From Selaginella moellendorffii (taxonomy: Eukaryota > Plantae > Lycopodiophyta), in contig NW_003314345.1 in the NCBI RefSeq assembly GCF_000143415.4, positions 700,574 through 764,573 of the forward strand: a stretch of DNA of 64,000 nt, written 5' to 3'. Each line of letters begins with the position of its first letter. Within the stretch, counting starts at the first letter, position 1. A program made the translations under genes and the position numbers. The notes under the pieces are model-generated. The model was not told the origin of the DNA. It was given only the letters and a program-made list of their open reading frames with translations, and did no database searches. Positions 1-12,800 of the stretch are shown piece after piece.

Positions 1-2400
1 GTGCCATGAAGTTGGCCATAGATCTCAAGTTTAGGCGAGTCACTTTCATTGGAGATGCACAACTCATCATACGCCAACTTACTGGAGAATACCAAGTCCG
101 TAAGGAGAACCTGAAAGAGCTATGGCAGTGGGCAGTCAACCTAAAGTATGAGTTCTCTTAGGTGACTTTTCAAAGTGTCCCTCATGAGGAAAACTTTTGG
201 GCGGACAGGTTATCACATCAAGCAATCACCATGATGCGAGAGGCAAAAGGCACTGCCTGCTCTTTGGTTTCCAAGGTTAGAGAGGAATCTGAGATGGATG
301 AGCCCCTTGCACCCAAGGTTTCTCCAGACTCCAGGGTTCATGCTATTTTCCTAGGCGATGACAAGGACCTGGTCTTTATCACCACATCCCTTGCTTCAAC
401 AAACACAGAAAAGCTCTTGAATTTCCTTCACTGTTTCAAGGACGTGTTTGCTTGGAACTACAGCCAGCTTCTAGGAGTTCTTTTGGACGCAATCATGCAT
501 AGTATTGTGCTTTCAGAAACAGCCAAACCAGTCCATCAAAAGATGCGGCATTTCAGCCCGGCAGCTCACTCAGAGATGAAGTTGGAGATCGAGTGACTTC
601 TGGCAGCTGGCTTTATTTACCCTTTGGAGAGCTCAGAGTGGGTGGCCAATCTCATTCCTGCACGCAAGGCAAATGGAAAACTCCGCCTCTGCGTTGACTT
701 TCGAGACTTGAACAAGGCAACTGCGAAAGATCACTTTTCAACTCCATTTATCAATGCGATTGTGGATAAGATGGCTGAACACCGTTACTACTCTTTCATG
801 GATGATTTTTCAGAGTACAACCAGATCTTCATTTATCCTGATCATTGAGATCTTACGGCCTTCCAAACACCTTGGGGCATCTTTGCTTTCAACGTCCTCC
901 CGTTTGGCTTGTGTAATGCCGGAGCTACTTTTCAACAGCTTATGACCCATGCCTTTCACGATTTGATTGGAGGTGCCTTAAGGGTGTATATGGATGATCT
1001 GTGCATGACCTCTAACTCTTTTAAGGATCACCTTGTGAACTTGGAACAAATATTCACTCACTGCCAGCAACATAGGTTTTCATTGAACCCGGCAAAGTGT
1101 AAATTCGGGGTGACTGAAGGCCAGTTACTAGGCTTTGATGTCTCCCAGGATGGGATCAAATCCTAGGTAGCCAAGGCTTAGGAGATCCTGGATCGGAACC
1201 CACCAACCAACGTGAAGCAACTTCGCAGTTTCCTCGGGCAAACGGGTTTCTTTCGCCGTTTCCTCCACAACTATGCCACACGTTCATGGCCCCTTATAGC
1301 TCTACTACAACACAACGTTCCATTTTTCTGGGGTGAGTCCCAGCAACAAGCCTTTGAATCACTGAAGCAGTCACTCCACATGGCCCTGGTCCTCCAACCA
1401 CCAGAACAACAACTTCCTTTTGACATTTACATCACAATGGGCATAGAGGCTTTTGGAGTATGCCTTTGCCAATATTCACAGCCCGGCAAGCCACCACATG
1501 CAACATACTATGCCTCACATTCGTTCAAGGAGACTGAGAAGAAGTACGTGGATGCAAAAAAAGAAGCAATGGTTGTTGTTTACACCTTGGAGCGATTTCG
1601 TCACTTTCTCGTTGGAGCCCATATCCATTTCCATGTCTATTTTAATGTGCTAACCTTTCTTTTACAGTGACTGGTTCACAGTCCTCATACTTTATCTTGG
1701 ATTGTGACCATCCAAGAGTTCCAGCCACTTTTCACATGCGGCGGAAGTGTGTGATGGATCCGAGCGAGTTCTTGGTTGCCAAAGCTACTTCCTTTGTGGT
1801 CCCAGCAGCATTATAGGACATTGTGGTGTACCTGGATTCAGGTCAGTTCCCAACAAATTCCTCACTAGTGCAACAAAAGGCATTGGAGATCCGAGCACGG
1901 GGTTTTTGCCTTCTCGACAGACACCTTTACAGGAGAACTTCTCAAGACGTTTTGTTGCGGTGTGTGGGGGAACATGAGGTCCCTTAGCTTCTTTGCGCTT
2001 TCCAGTCTTGTGCGGGGCATTTCTCGGGACAAGTCACAGCACAGCTCCTCTTGCGCCATGGCTACTTTTGGCCTCGGATTCACTATGACAGCTTGGCCTA
2101 TGCAAAGGCATGTGAGCAGTGCCAACGGTTCAACCCCCGAAGCCATGTTCCACGTCTTCCTTTCCAACTCATCACTTCTCCAAGTCCCTTTTTCCAGTGG
2201 GGACTTGACTTCGTCGGCCCGATCAACCCACTGAGCTCAAAAGGGCAGCGATACATCATCATGGCGATGGACTATTTCACCAAATGGGTTGAGGCCACCC
2301 CTTTGCGACAAGCAGATCAACAGTCTATAGCAAAGTTTGTCTACGAGTACATCATTTGCCGATTTGGAGTTTCTGCTGTTTTGGTTTCCGATCGTGGGGA
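1..2400 (+). mobile_element. Degenerate Ty3/gypsy LTR retrotransposon pol (Tat-like; order aRNase H - RT - RNase H - integrase), truncated within integrase
   Basis: 1-225 translates to FIGDAQLIIRQLTGEYQV...VPHEENFWADRLS (cellular-type RNase HI). RT motifs LRLCVDFRDLNKA, PFGLCNAGATFQ and YMDDL follow, then an RNase H region, integrase zinc finger (GYFWP...CEQCQR) and core (PFFQWGLDFVGP, DYFTKWVEA, VSDRG). Many stops and frameshifts. Confidence 0.92.
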
Positions 2401-3487
2401 TGGGGAATAGCCTTCCCCAATATCCCTTTTCCGGTCCACACTAAAACCCTTTCTGTCCATGGCCGTGTTCGCTACCATTGCTACTGGATCAAGGCCCACA
2501 GGCCCGACCACTAAGTCCCACAGTCCTCTAGGACTTCCTCCTCCCACGACCGTATCCTTGGTCTCTACACCAAAGGACTGCTCCTCTTCCTTTTCACAGT
2601 TTGGGACTTTAGGACAACATTTCAGAATACCGTGGCCTTACACGAGCCTCATGAGTACTCTCCCCACCTTCTGCCTTTTGGTGCTCTAGCCGTGAGCTTA
2701 GAACGAGGTTCCGTTGAGCCATACCAGGTATCCAAGTAGGTAGTGCCACCCACACTTGGACTGAAAGCATTGACCATTTGATCTCCCAGGGGAACTAGAG
2801 CCGGCTCTTGAACACTTCACCAAGCTACCCCGCTTGACGGTCCATATTCACTCTAGCCTGGACCTCCTAGTGGTTATCCCATCACGTAACACCTGGGTAC
2901 AGCCTTCTTGGGCCAAACTAGCCTTTCCTGGCCAAACTGGCTCCATTGGAGTCCTCCCCCCCTACTATACTTTTGGAGCTCACCAAACCCCCCAGGGTCT
3001 GGGAGACAAACGCTTTGGGCTTTCACCCTCTCAGACTCGAACTCGGACTTAGACTTGGACTCAGGCTTGGGGCTCGGTCTCGGCCTCGGCCTTGGTCTCG
3101 GTCTTGGTCCTGGTCTCGGTCTTTGTCTCGACTTCGGACTCCATCTCAGGTCCTTCTTGGACTCCATCTCGGGTTCCATCTCGGGTCCATCTTGGACTCC
3201 ATCTCGGGTCCATCCCAGACTCCATCTCGGGTCCATCTTGGGTCCATCTCAGACTCCATCTCGGGTCCATCTCGGGTCCTCTTGTGTCCCTTTTCTAGAG
3301 ACTCTTTTATTGCTCACTTCATGCTCATTCTTTGAGCACTCCATTGGGAGTTCCACTCCCACTCTTGACCATTCAAGTCGGAGCCTTTTTAGTCCAAACG
3401 TGTTACGCTCGTTTGGCTTTCGCTTTAGCCACTACCACATGGCACCCTTTCTGCTCCACTTTAGGGCTTAGGGATTTGTGTCTCACA
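2395..3487. mobile_element. Non-coding LTR-like insertion interrupting the integrase
   Basis: Integrase similarity stops abruptly at ~2395. The segment ends ...tctcaca, has no credible ORF and contains internal tandem repeats. No clear TSD. Confidence 0.35.
3030..3280. repeat. Low-complexity tandem repeats (ctcgg/cttggt hexamers, then ctccatctcgggtccat units)
   Basis: Directly visible repeats that produce spurious LGLGLG/RPRPRP ORFs. Confidence 0.8.
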
Positions 3488-5252
3488 CTATCATCATCCA
3501 AACTTGCATACAGATTTTTCTTGAGATCTTTTGAATTTTAAATTTTCCTGCAGAAATCGCCACTGTTGCTCCCAACATGGAGCACCACTGCTTTAGAGAA
3601 AGGGCAGGAGAGCAATGCGCTCAAGTAAATGGCCAGTGAAGCTGCAGCTCCTGAATCTCCCAAGCAGAGATCCCACTCAGAGACCTCCCACTCAATTGCT
3701 ACAACAATCCCCGCGGGAACAAGTGCCAGCAGCAGATCCGAAGCTTGATGGGATGCCTTTTTACAGTGTTGCCATTGTCGCTCCTGGCATTCTCCACTGC
3801 TGCTTGAGGGAAAGGGCGTAGCCCTAGATGAAAGCAAGTAAATGGCCAATGAAGTTGCAGCTCTTAGTCCCCATGGGAACAAGTGCTAGCAGTAGATTCG
3901 GAGCCATGGGCTCTAGATCCACTCTCGAGCCCCCAACGGCAGCAATGGCACCTCTGCCAACGACAACAGAGGTGAGTGTGGCCACTGGAGAGGAGCTGGA
4001 AGATGCCACTTTGCCTCTCATACTCCCCAAGAAGTTAACATCTCTTTCGGGTTGCATCATATAAATTACATACTATGGTCTAAGTTAATCGAAGTCAACT
4101 CTAACCCTTTCACTAATTTATAATGGCTTTTTAAAACAAAATGGTTTTTGGGCAAAGTGATCAACAAATCAACCATTGGAAAAGTCTAAGAAAATTTATG
4201 GAAAAATTTCCATCCTAGAGAAAGAATGACTCTCAATCTAGGAATACAAATTTTCAAGACTCAACCAACTTCCTCCTATTAACAGATTTATATGGGTTCA
4301 CCTCAACACTAATTCACAACATGCTTAAGCATTGAACATTATGCCCATATTTCCAACATTCAACATCAACATCTACAAAATGTAAAATGAACATTCAAGA
4401 CTTGATCACAAAGACTATATCTTCAGATATCCATATTGCACTAACACTCTTTTTTAATCACCTTCAAAATCTAATATGAAGCCAAAACACTCACAATAAA
4501 AATAACATGAAAAATTAAGCTAGGAAGGTTCCTCATTGCTTGAAACAATATCACTTTCACCAACACAAGTGCTAACAATGTCAATGCTTTAACTTCACAC
4601 CTACTCCATCTGACAATTTACTCCAAGTGCTAATGAATCAACTGACAAGCTATAGCAAATAAATGCTATAACGCACTTCAATGGGCAAACTCAAGGAACT
4701 AAGGAACCAACTTAATCTTAAGAGTGTGGACCATATTTGAGCTCATGAGTTGAAGAGTTGAGCTCGTGAGTTGAGCTAAAGTTATAATTGTAGTTTAATA
4801 CAGAAATTAAAAAACTTTAAAATATTAAAGTTATAGCGAACTTAATAATTTCATAACTCTCTACATATTATATAGATAAAAATGTTCTAAAGGACACTTC
4901 TTGTTCTAACAATTTAAATAGCTATAATAGGGATATCTATTAGATAATAAAATAAGATGTTTGTAGAAAAAGTATTCTTGTCACTTCCTTAAATCTGTAC
5001 TATGTGCTTTCTGGCTAGTAAATATCAAGTTTGTCAGAATTAAAAAATTATTAAATTTGAAATAAGATTCTATATAAAGCCATATAACTGTTTGAAAAGA
5101 AAAAAAAAACTATTGATGTAAGCTTATTACATATAAAAGAAAAACTTGGTTCTTTTCTAGAATACATTCTTGAGGGGTTTGTCATAGCATATTGTCTAGA
5201 ATTTATAAATCTTCATTCACACTCTCATTTGAAATAAGGGAAATACACACAA

Positions 5253-5696
5253 ATGTCTATAGGTTCTAGTGTTGGTAATTTTAACTCTCACAATCTTTCT
5301 TCCCAAGGTTCAAGGGTTAGAAGATGCAATAACTATCCCATTGCACAGCATAACCAAACCACACAAGAGAATGAAAGAGAGGATAGTGATCATGAGTTAG
5401 AGATAAATACAATGATAGAGGGCACAATAAATTGGGTGAAAAAGATTGCCCTCTTACTTGTTTTAGAAAAATGCAATTCTACCACTTTCAAAAAATGCCC
5501 TATATATTTTTTATCATTTGGTGGAAATAATGGTGATGATCAGTATGATGGTATATATGCTCTCGCGACACACTACAACATCACGCACCCGAAAGACTAC
5601 CATAAAATATTTTTTGAGATGGTAAAGACAGAAATAGAGACACATGAGTACTATGGGCAGTATTGTGAAAAGAACACTCGAAAGTATATAAAATAA
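5253..5696 (+). CDS. Orphan 147-aa ORF convergent with the MULE transposase 3' end
   Basis: Uninterrupted ATG-initiated ORF in very AT-rich DNA; no recognisable motif. Confidence 0.35.
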   Translation: MSIGSSVGNFNSHNLSSQGSRVRRCNNYPIAQHNQTTQENEREDSDHELEINTMIEGTINWVKKIALLLVLEKCNSTTFKKCPIYFLSFGGNNGDDQYDGIYALATHYNITHPKDYHKIFFEMVKTEIETHEYYGQYCEKNTRKYIK

Positions 5697-5781
5697 AAAG
5701 TGAAATGAAAAAACACCTTTCTATTAATTATATAAAGTATAATAAGTCTATATTATTGATAGAGAATAAACATTGATAGTG

Positions 5782-8280
5782 TTAGAGAAATCTAGTTAGC
5801 TCCAAAAGTTTCTGCAACTCAACAAAAGTAAAGCTTACTTGATGTATATAAATATCCACTTTAGGATCCTGGTGCAAGATGTTGATGAAGATGTAGTATA
5901 TATGCTTGCAAGGAGTATATGCCTTCCCATGTTCCTCATGCTTCGTAAAGTCTGAACATGTGTAAGAAGGAAAGTCTTGAATAGCAATTGTGTACTTTCC
6001 ACCTCTGTTTTAACTATGTACTCCTTTGCAAGTGCAATGATGTACTTCGTGGAGAGAATCTCACACTCAAGTGTTTGAGCCAAGTTAATTTTACCTTGCT
6101 TTTGCTTAAAGATGGTACCAATAAATTTAACTGCCTTACCTTTTCTTGCTGGCCTCCTGTGCATCTTTGTAGGAATAATCCTGGTTCTATCATTCATGTC
6201 TCCAACTCTTCTCTCAAGATTAAAACTAGATTTCTCAAGGTTTTCAATTTTATCTGACCCCATTAGCAACCGGCCATTCTTTAGGTATTGCATCAAGTTT
6301 AATCACTATAGTGTCTTCAAGCCACTTCGTATGGTTGGCGTCGGTGTTGCAACAATACAGCCAACACCATCTTGAAAATCCTACTTGCTTTTGTCCCCCA
6401 TAGAAACATAGGGCTGGAATAGAAGCAAATTTGTCACCACGAATCCAAGCCTAACATCTGCCTCTCTAAAGCATCCCCACACACCTTACATTCGATTTTG
6501 CTAACACACGTCGGATTGCCCATTGCTTCGGCTCCACACTACGATAAGCAATTTCAACCTGATGGGATGCACTCTCTTCATCAGCCACTTGAGGTGGCTC
6601 AGTTTGAGAGCAGTGTCTTAGAGTAGAATGGTACTCGATATCAGGCCTGTGAAAGCTTTTTGCTCCAAGTTCCATATCAACATCTTCACCAACAAAAGAA
6701 AAATGACACTTTAAGCTCATATCACTAATAGAAGCCCAAGGAGTGTACTCTATAGATATGCCACGGACCACTTCCTCAACTATAATTGCCACTGTTCGGG
6801 GGAGTTAATTTTCTCTTCATCCTATCATGTAACATCTCAACAGAAGGCTTTGTTCCCACATATCTTCCTTCCTCGAATGTCAGTGCTTTTGAAGATTGCT
6901 CTATAGCGCATATTAACAGGCTTCGTATAGACTCATCTTCCCTTTCCCTGCCTCAGAGGAACACCAACTCCAGTACTTACTTTCGAAGAGATTCACAGTT
7001 GGGGTGTATGCTAGGTCCTCAAGTGGTTGATCCTAATGGAAAAAATAATATTAAAAAATAATAAAATGAAAAGAAAAAATAGAAACCAACCTAAAAATAG
7101 TGATGTTCCCACTAGAACATCCTAACTTTTCACCACACTAGCCATGACTCAAGTTGTTGTAGGCAACTTACGTCTATATGGCCATCTTCACGCCACCATA
7201 TTCGAATTTCGTTTGCTTTTGCCTCATGCTCTTCTTCAGAAGGTGCAACCTGCCATTATTTGCACAACTCTTTAAACATTGACTGAAACTCTAGCTTGAT
7301 AAGGTGGTAGTCCTGGTTTAGGCTTTGAGCCCAATGGAACTCACAAGTCCTAATGGCTGACCATTCCCAAAAACTACTTGGACACTATTTTAATTTGCAC
7401 CAGCCCCATCTGCCATGAAACCACAAAAGTTTGCAGGCTTACTAGTCTTCTTTAAGACAATATTGGAGAGGGACTTCAAAAATATTTTCTGGGCTGTCTG
7501 GTCTTATACTTTAAACTCTGCTCTCGCAATTGTCAACTTATAATGTAGCCTGTGAAAACACAAATATTACAACAATTTCAATATAATGAGAATAAAAATT
7601 ACCTTGGATCATACATATGAGCTCCCATGGTTATGTAACTTGATATGTGCTCCATATGGTCAAAATGACCATATGGTCACTGGGCCACTGGACCCAAACA
7701 TGTCCATTCGAGAGACAAGATCTACGCTAGAGGTAGGGCCCATGGTAGACATTTTGAAGACGAAGGGGCACTCTTGCTCATTCACAACTTAGTCTGGAAA
7801 CAAACTTCCGTGGATGAACTCATATGGACAGGTCCATTTCAATTCAAGGATGGAGTCAATTTTTGATTGCAACTTCCCCTCTCGAAATTCACACATCCAA
7901 GATTTTATCCTAAACAATATAATGTAAAAAAAAGATATTATTAGAACATATGAAATATAACGGATATACCTCCTTAGACTAGTAGCAAGTTGTATTCTTC
8001 GTAGTAAGTCTCACAAGCTAGCCTTGTTTAGTTGAGTCTTTTGGCAACCTAGATTGAGTTGCAATAAAATCCTTGAGGACGGTCTTTTGAATATGCTTTG
8101 GTGTTCTAGATGAGTTTCTCATAGCCTCTTCCTGCAGATGAAAGATTTGATTTGTAGTATAACTTAAGTTTTATCCATAATTGTGAACACTGCTTGATGA
8201 CATTTAAAGCACGTGCCTATTGTTTAGGATCTAATACAACACAAAATAAATTTCTGGATGAGGATTCATCCATTCATAGA
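5782..8280 (-). mobile_element. Degenerate intron-containing Mutator-like (MULE) DDE transposase with C-terminal SWIM zinc finger
   Basis: Manual minus-strand translation gives FKMSTMGPTSSVDLVSRM..FDHMEHI..MGAHMYDP (~7600-7770), GFMADGAGAN (~7393-7422), RTCEFHWAQSL (CxxH, ~7331-7348), TVNLFES (~6979-6999) and SWIM YTIAIQDFPSYTCSDF..PCKHIYYIF (~5895-5998). Stop at 5782-5784, GT-AG introns, several in-frame stops. 5' end approximate. Confidence 0.75.
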
Positions 8281-8649
8281 TGGATATAGTACAACATATT
8301 TTAACATGCCTTATTTATACTCTTTAAAGTTCTTGTAACAATTCCAAAATATATACAAAATATTGATGAGAATGCATCCTTTCTAGATAATTTGTAAAAA
8401 ATATATCATATCTCTAATAACAAAAAATGTTGATAGGTGCTAGTTATATCATCATTAAAATATACAAAATAAAAAAGCATAATTCACATATGATAATAAT
8501 GATAAGATAAAATAAGATTGAAGATATTGTGATGGTTGAGATTTAGGTTATTCAGAATGATGAGAGATTGGTTAGGGTTAGGGCAGCTGTCAGGATTAGG
8601 TTTAGGGTAGCTGCCAAGATTAGGTTATTGTTCGCACCATGAGTGGAGC

Positions 8650-8990
8650 GTGCGAGAGATCGAGGGATTGAGCGTGAAGGAGATTGAGGGAGCGCGAAGG
8701 AGATTGAGGGATTGAGCGCGAAGGAGATCAAAGGATTGAGCGTGAAGGAGATCGAGGGATTGAGCACGCAAGAGATCGAGCGATTGAGCGCGCAAGAGAT
8801 CGAGCAATTGAGCGCGCAAGAGATCGAGCGATTGAGCATGCAAGAGATGGAGCGATTGAGCACGCAAGAGATGGAGCAATTGAGCACGCAAGAGATCGAG
8901 CGATTGAGCGCGCAAGAGATCGAGAGATTGAGTGTGCAAGAGATCGAGAAATTGAGAGTGCAAGAAATCCAACATGATCAAGAAATCGAG
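8650..8990. repeat. 21-bp tandem array (consensus ~GAGATCGAGCGATTGAGCGCGCAA)
   Basis: About 15 imperfect 21-bp units directly visible. Confidence 0.9.
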
Positions 8991-9115
8991 AAGGAAAGAT
9001 GCCACCAAGGGTGAGTTTTAATTTGAGTTTTTTCTTCTACTTCCAGTTTTTTCTTCTTGCTTCTTTCTTGATTGCTTCTTTAGGGCCAGGCACCCCAGGC
9101 AGTTTGGCCCCTTAA

Positions 9116-9365
9116 GGGGCTGAGGTTATTTGAATAATCTCGGCCCCTCAGGTGGCCAAATTGCCCGAGGTCAAGCCCGGGTTGGCCACCTCGGGCATTT
9201 TGGCTGCCTAAGGGGCCGAAGTTATTCAAATAACCTTGGCCTCTCGGGAGGCCAAACTGCCCGAAGTCAAGCCTGGGCCGGCCATCTCAAGCACTTTGGC
9301 TGCCCAGGGGGCCGAGGTTATTTGAATAACCTCGGCCTCTTGGGCAACTAAAGTGCCCGAGGTGG
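9116..9365. repeat. 96-bp-period array of alternating long palindromes within intron 1 of the ParB-MTase gene
   Basis: GGGGCCGAGGTTATT(CG)AATAACCTCGGCC(CC)-like palindromes start at 9116, 9212 and 9308, separated by TGCCCGAGGT...ACCTCGGGCA palindromes. Confidence 0.85.
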
Positions 9366-9584
9366 AGTTTGGGGCCAACTTAATTTTTTTTTTTCTCTTT
9401 TACTGTTTGAATTTCTTATTATCTTTATTTAGTTTGACTAAAAAAAAATTTTCTCTTGCAGAAAAGGAAAATTGTACCACATAAAAAGGTTGTTAGAGCC
9501 AAGAAGACACAAAACGGCATTAACAATGACATCATAATTGACATGTCCATTGGCATATCAACAAAAACACATTTACTTAAGGAT

Positions 9585-9805
9585 CCACCACCTCCACCAC
9601 CATCACCTCTACCATCGCCACCTCCACCACCACTATCACCACCTCCACCACCACTATCACCACCTCCACCACCACCATTGCCACTACCACTACCACTATT
9701 GCCACCACCACTACCACTATTGCCTCCACCCCTACCACCACCACCACCACCCCCACCATCACCACTGCCACCTCCACCTTTACTCCTCACTTGCCCACCA
9801 CCAGC
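9585..9805 (+). repeat. CCA/CTA trinucleotide tract encoding poly-proline
   Basis: (cca)n with cta/tca interruptions, within exon 2 of the ParB-MTase gene. Confidence 0.9.
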
Positions 9806-12800
9806 TCAAATCCTTGAGTTGGGCAATCTAGTGGTGTTCACGATAGGGAACCTGAGGGAGAACCTGGAGCTAAAAGAGTTGCGTGATAACCTTCCTGATA
9901 ACGTGGTGGACAAGTGCTTCCAAAAGATTATTATGCAGACAAGGGAAAAAGCAGTTAACCAAACACTTAAAGAGCTCAAGTGGCCAGGCCCTTGTGACTT
10001 GATCAAAGAAATCCCCTTTTGCCGTTTGCAACAAATGAACCTTGTACACATAGCATTCAAGTATGTCAACCCGAACATATACATCTTGTTCAAATAGAAT
10101 GGCCTTGCAACAAATATCGGTATGTTTCTAGTCTCTTTTTGCAAGCCAGGAACAATGGAGATTGTTACTGTCACACCCGAGATTGTAAATAGCTGGGATC
10201 CTATTTAGAGGAGAAAGTCTCTGGAATTTGATAACATGCTTATCAGCCATCCTGAGACTCGACAGCTTGCGGGGACAATGTTCCAAATTATTGATGGTAA
10301 CCATCGATATAGGGCTTGGATGAAGTGTATCGATGATCATTTTCACAATGATCCCGTCTATCATATCAATGTTCCAGTCGGCTATGTTTATGCGAGGGGA
10401 CCTTTGGATTTCAACAGACTTATCTTGGCCTGCCAAAAGATCAATGCATAAATTTTATAATTTTACCTCCAACTCCACTTTAACTTGTTTTGTCATGTTT
10501 AAATGCAGGCTTGGGTAATTCACTGTTCAAAAGCAAAACCTTGTCCATGACATTGAGCAACTTCGATTTTTGGTAAACTTGAGTGAGGATGATATTCACC
10601 AACATTATGGTGATGATCTCACAACACTTATTCGACACTCACGCACTCAAAATGACGGTACAACTTGGTTCAACAACCCAATCAGTTTAGCTCGTTATGT
10701 GGTGCAAGGTATGTCTATCCCTTTCATTTTATAAGGGCCTCTTTTAATTGTTTTGGTTTTTAGCCTTTGGTGAAGGTCAAGCAAGATGCTTACGAACTTG
10801 CATATCTGGAGAAGAGTCAGGAAGAGCTCTCAGCTAAGTTTGTATAAATTGAGCACAAAATTCAGCATGCAAAGTCTTCAAAATTGAAGAAACTAGTATC
10901 CATTGCAAACAATCGCAGGCCGAAAGAGTGGCTAGAGACTATAGCCGAAATTTCTTCTCATGAATGTAAGTTTTTTATCACACTTCTTTTTTCTCAATTA
11001 TACATATGTTACTTTTGCAGTGAACAAAACTCCAGATGACATGATTTACAATATCACAAAATCAAAGCTTCCATATAAACAATAGCTAGAGACTCTGGAG
11101 TTCCTCAATATCTACTTGATGAACAAAGAGAAAGGATTGCCAGAACTATTTGAGAACATGATGAGAAGGGTTGTCTACATTATACAAACTATAAGTGAAG
11201 GTGAGAAGTTCTTGGCACCGCACATTGGTGATGATCCAGATAGCACATTTATATCTTTCGACACATACATCAACACATCATTAGAAGGGATAAAAAAGGG
11301 GTGGCTGCTAGAGAAGTCTACAAGCACAACAACTTATGATTGCCAATATGGTTAGCCTTATTTCATGCGACGTGCAGCTTATAGGTATAATATAATTTCT
11401 AAGACTTTTTTTTAAATATATATTGTTTACAGGTATCTTCAATATAGAAGCATGCCGTTTGAGGCACCAGTTTGCACTCGACTTGTTGCAAAGGGTGTAA
11501 GGGATGGAGGAATGTACCCAATAATGTTTGCAAGAGTTCCAAAGGCACAAAAGATAGAATGCCCTTGGGAGTTGGAGCTCCTAAGGAAGGAGACCTCTAC
11601 ACTAAACCACGAGGAAGTTGTCAATGCTAGCAACAATGGCAATGCAAGTGATGATGGAGACAAGGATGAGGAAGCTCTAGATCAAGTTCGTGTTCCACCA
11701 CCAAACAACTAGGATCAGGCTCCAATTCAACCATCAAACAACCAAGATTTGGATCAGATTCTACTAATAAATAACAATGATCAAATGGTTCACAAAATAT
11801 CATGTCAACCTCGAGCTAAGCAAAAGTGAATTTTACAAACTAAAGGTGGTAATACATGTTTTTTGCAGCAATAAGTTTTGGTAATAATTTCATTCCAGCT
11901 CGACGAGATGCTCGTGAAGAGGAGTTGGAGGAACTCTCATCAACAACACGCCATATGACGGAAGCATAATATTTATTGCTTTTCTCATTCACTTAGTTCT
12001 TTTATAGGTCTGTCATGTATCCCCAAAAACACAACAAAGTATTGTGGGTATCTTCATTGGCTCCTACAGTAGATTGTTGACATCTTTCACGGAAGATGAC
12101 ACCAACATGGATATACAGCGCTAGTTTAACTATTGGTCTTGAAAGATATAAAGGCCCTTGCTCCCTGTTGCGGACTTCATTCTCTTCGACTTTCCAAATG
12201 GTCTTTCAGATATTGATGGGAAAGTTGAGGATTAGAACTTTCTCACACCTAACCACATGCGCGATGCATTCCTCTTGTCTAAAGCACTTATACTTGAAGC
12301 TGGCCATGTCATCTTCATCTTACCAAACGACCCCAACTAGATGTATGAGCTTATGACATGTGTAGCAGAAGTTCATTTCAAGTCATTTTCTTTCGGATGC
12401 ATCATGGATCCTATTGGCATCGATACGAGGGGCATCCAAGGGAAGCCTGAAAAGGTGAGTATGTATTTTATATTTTTATCTAATTTCTAAACATTTTAAT
12501 TTTCTAGGTTATGATGTGGACTTATCATGCCTTCTACAGAATCACACATGATGGGTTTCATGATAGCAAACATGCAGCACGTGTTTTGCCTAGGTATAAC
12601 AGTTCCATTAACATCATACCCAACCTTGTGGATGAGCAGATCCATAGCACATTTCCAGGGTATCAATTTCCAACTCCATCGACAATGCAAGTTTTGCTTG
12701 AGCTTTATTGCCCACCAGATGGTGTTGTGATTGATTGCACAGTAGGTAGTGGTTCTATAATGGAGGCAGCACATGACTCTGGTAGGTCAATGTTTGCTAT

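Noticed and set aside
2834-3541. Overlapping ORFs with LGLG/RPRP repeats
   Set aside because: Artefacts of stop-free tandem repeats.
3538-4064. Imperfect duplicated units with short ORFs on both strands
   Set aside because: No recognisable motif or consistent frame; cannot assign.
4725-4780. GAGCTC-rich motif as a MULE TIR pairing with ~13160 or ~13450
   Set aside because: Only short matches (6-14 bp), partly due to palindromic GAGCTC, and no TSD. Element ends remain undefined.
8552-9014. Repeat-protein ORFs such as (LSAQEIE)n
   Set aside because: Products of the 21-bp array; that frame is out of phase with the downstream exon.
9116-9365. Palindromic repeats at regular spacing as a CRISPR array
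   Set aside because: The spacers are themselves repeats of each other, there are no cas genes, and the context is a eukaryotic intron.
9425-9831. Poly-Gly, poly-His and poly-Val ORFs (extensin/GRP-like)
   Set aside because: Alternative frames of the CCA tract; the poly-Pro frame connects to the ParB domain.
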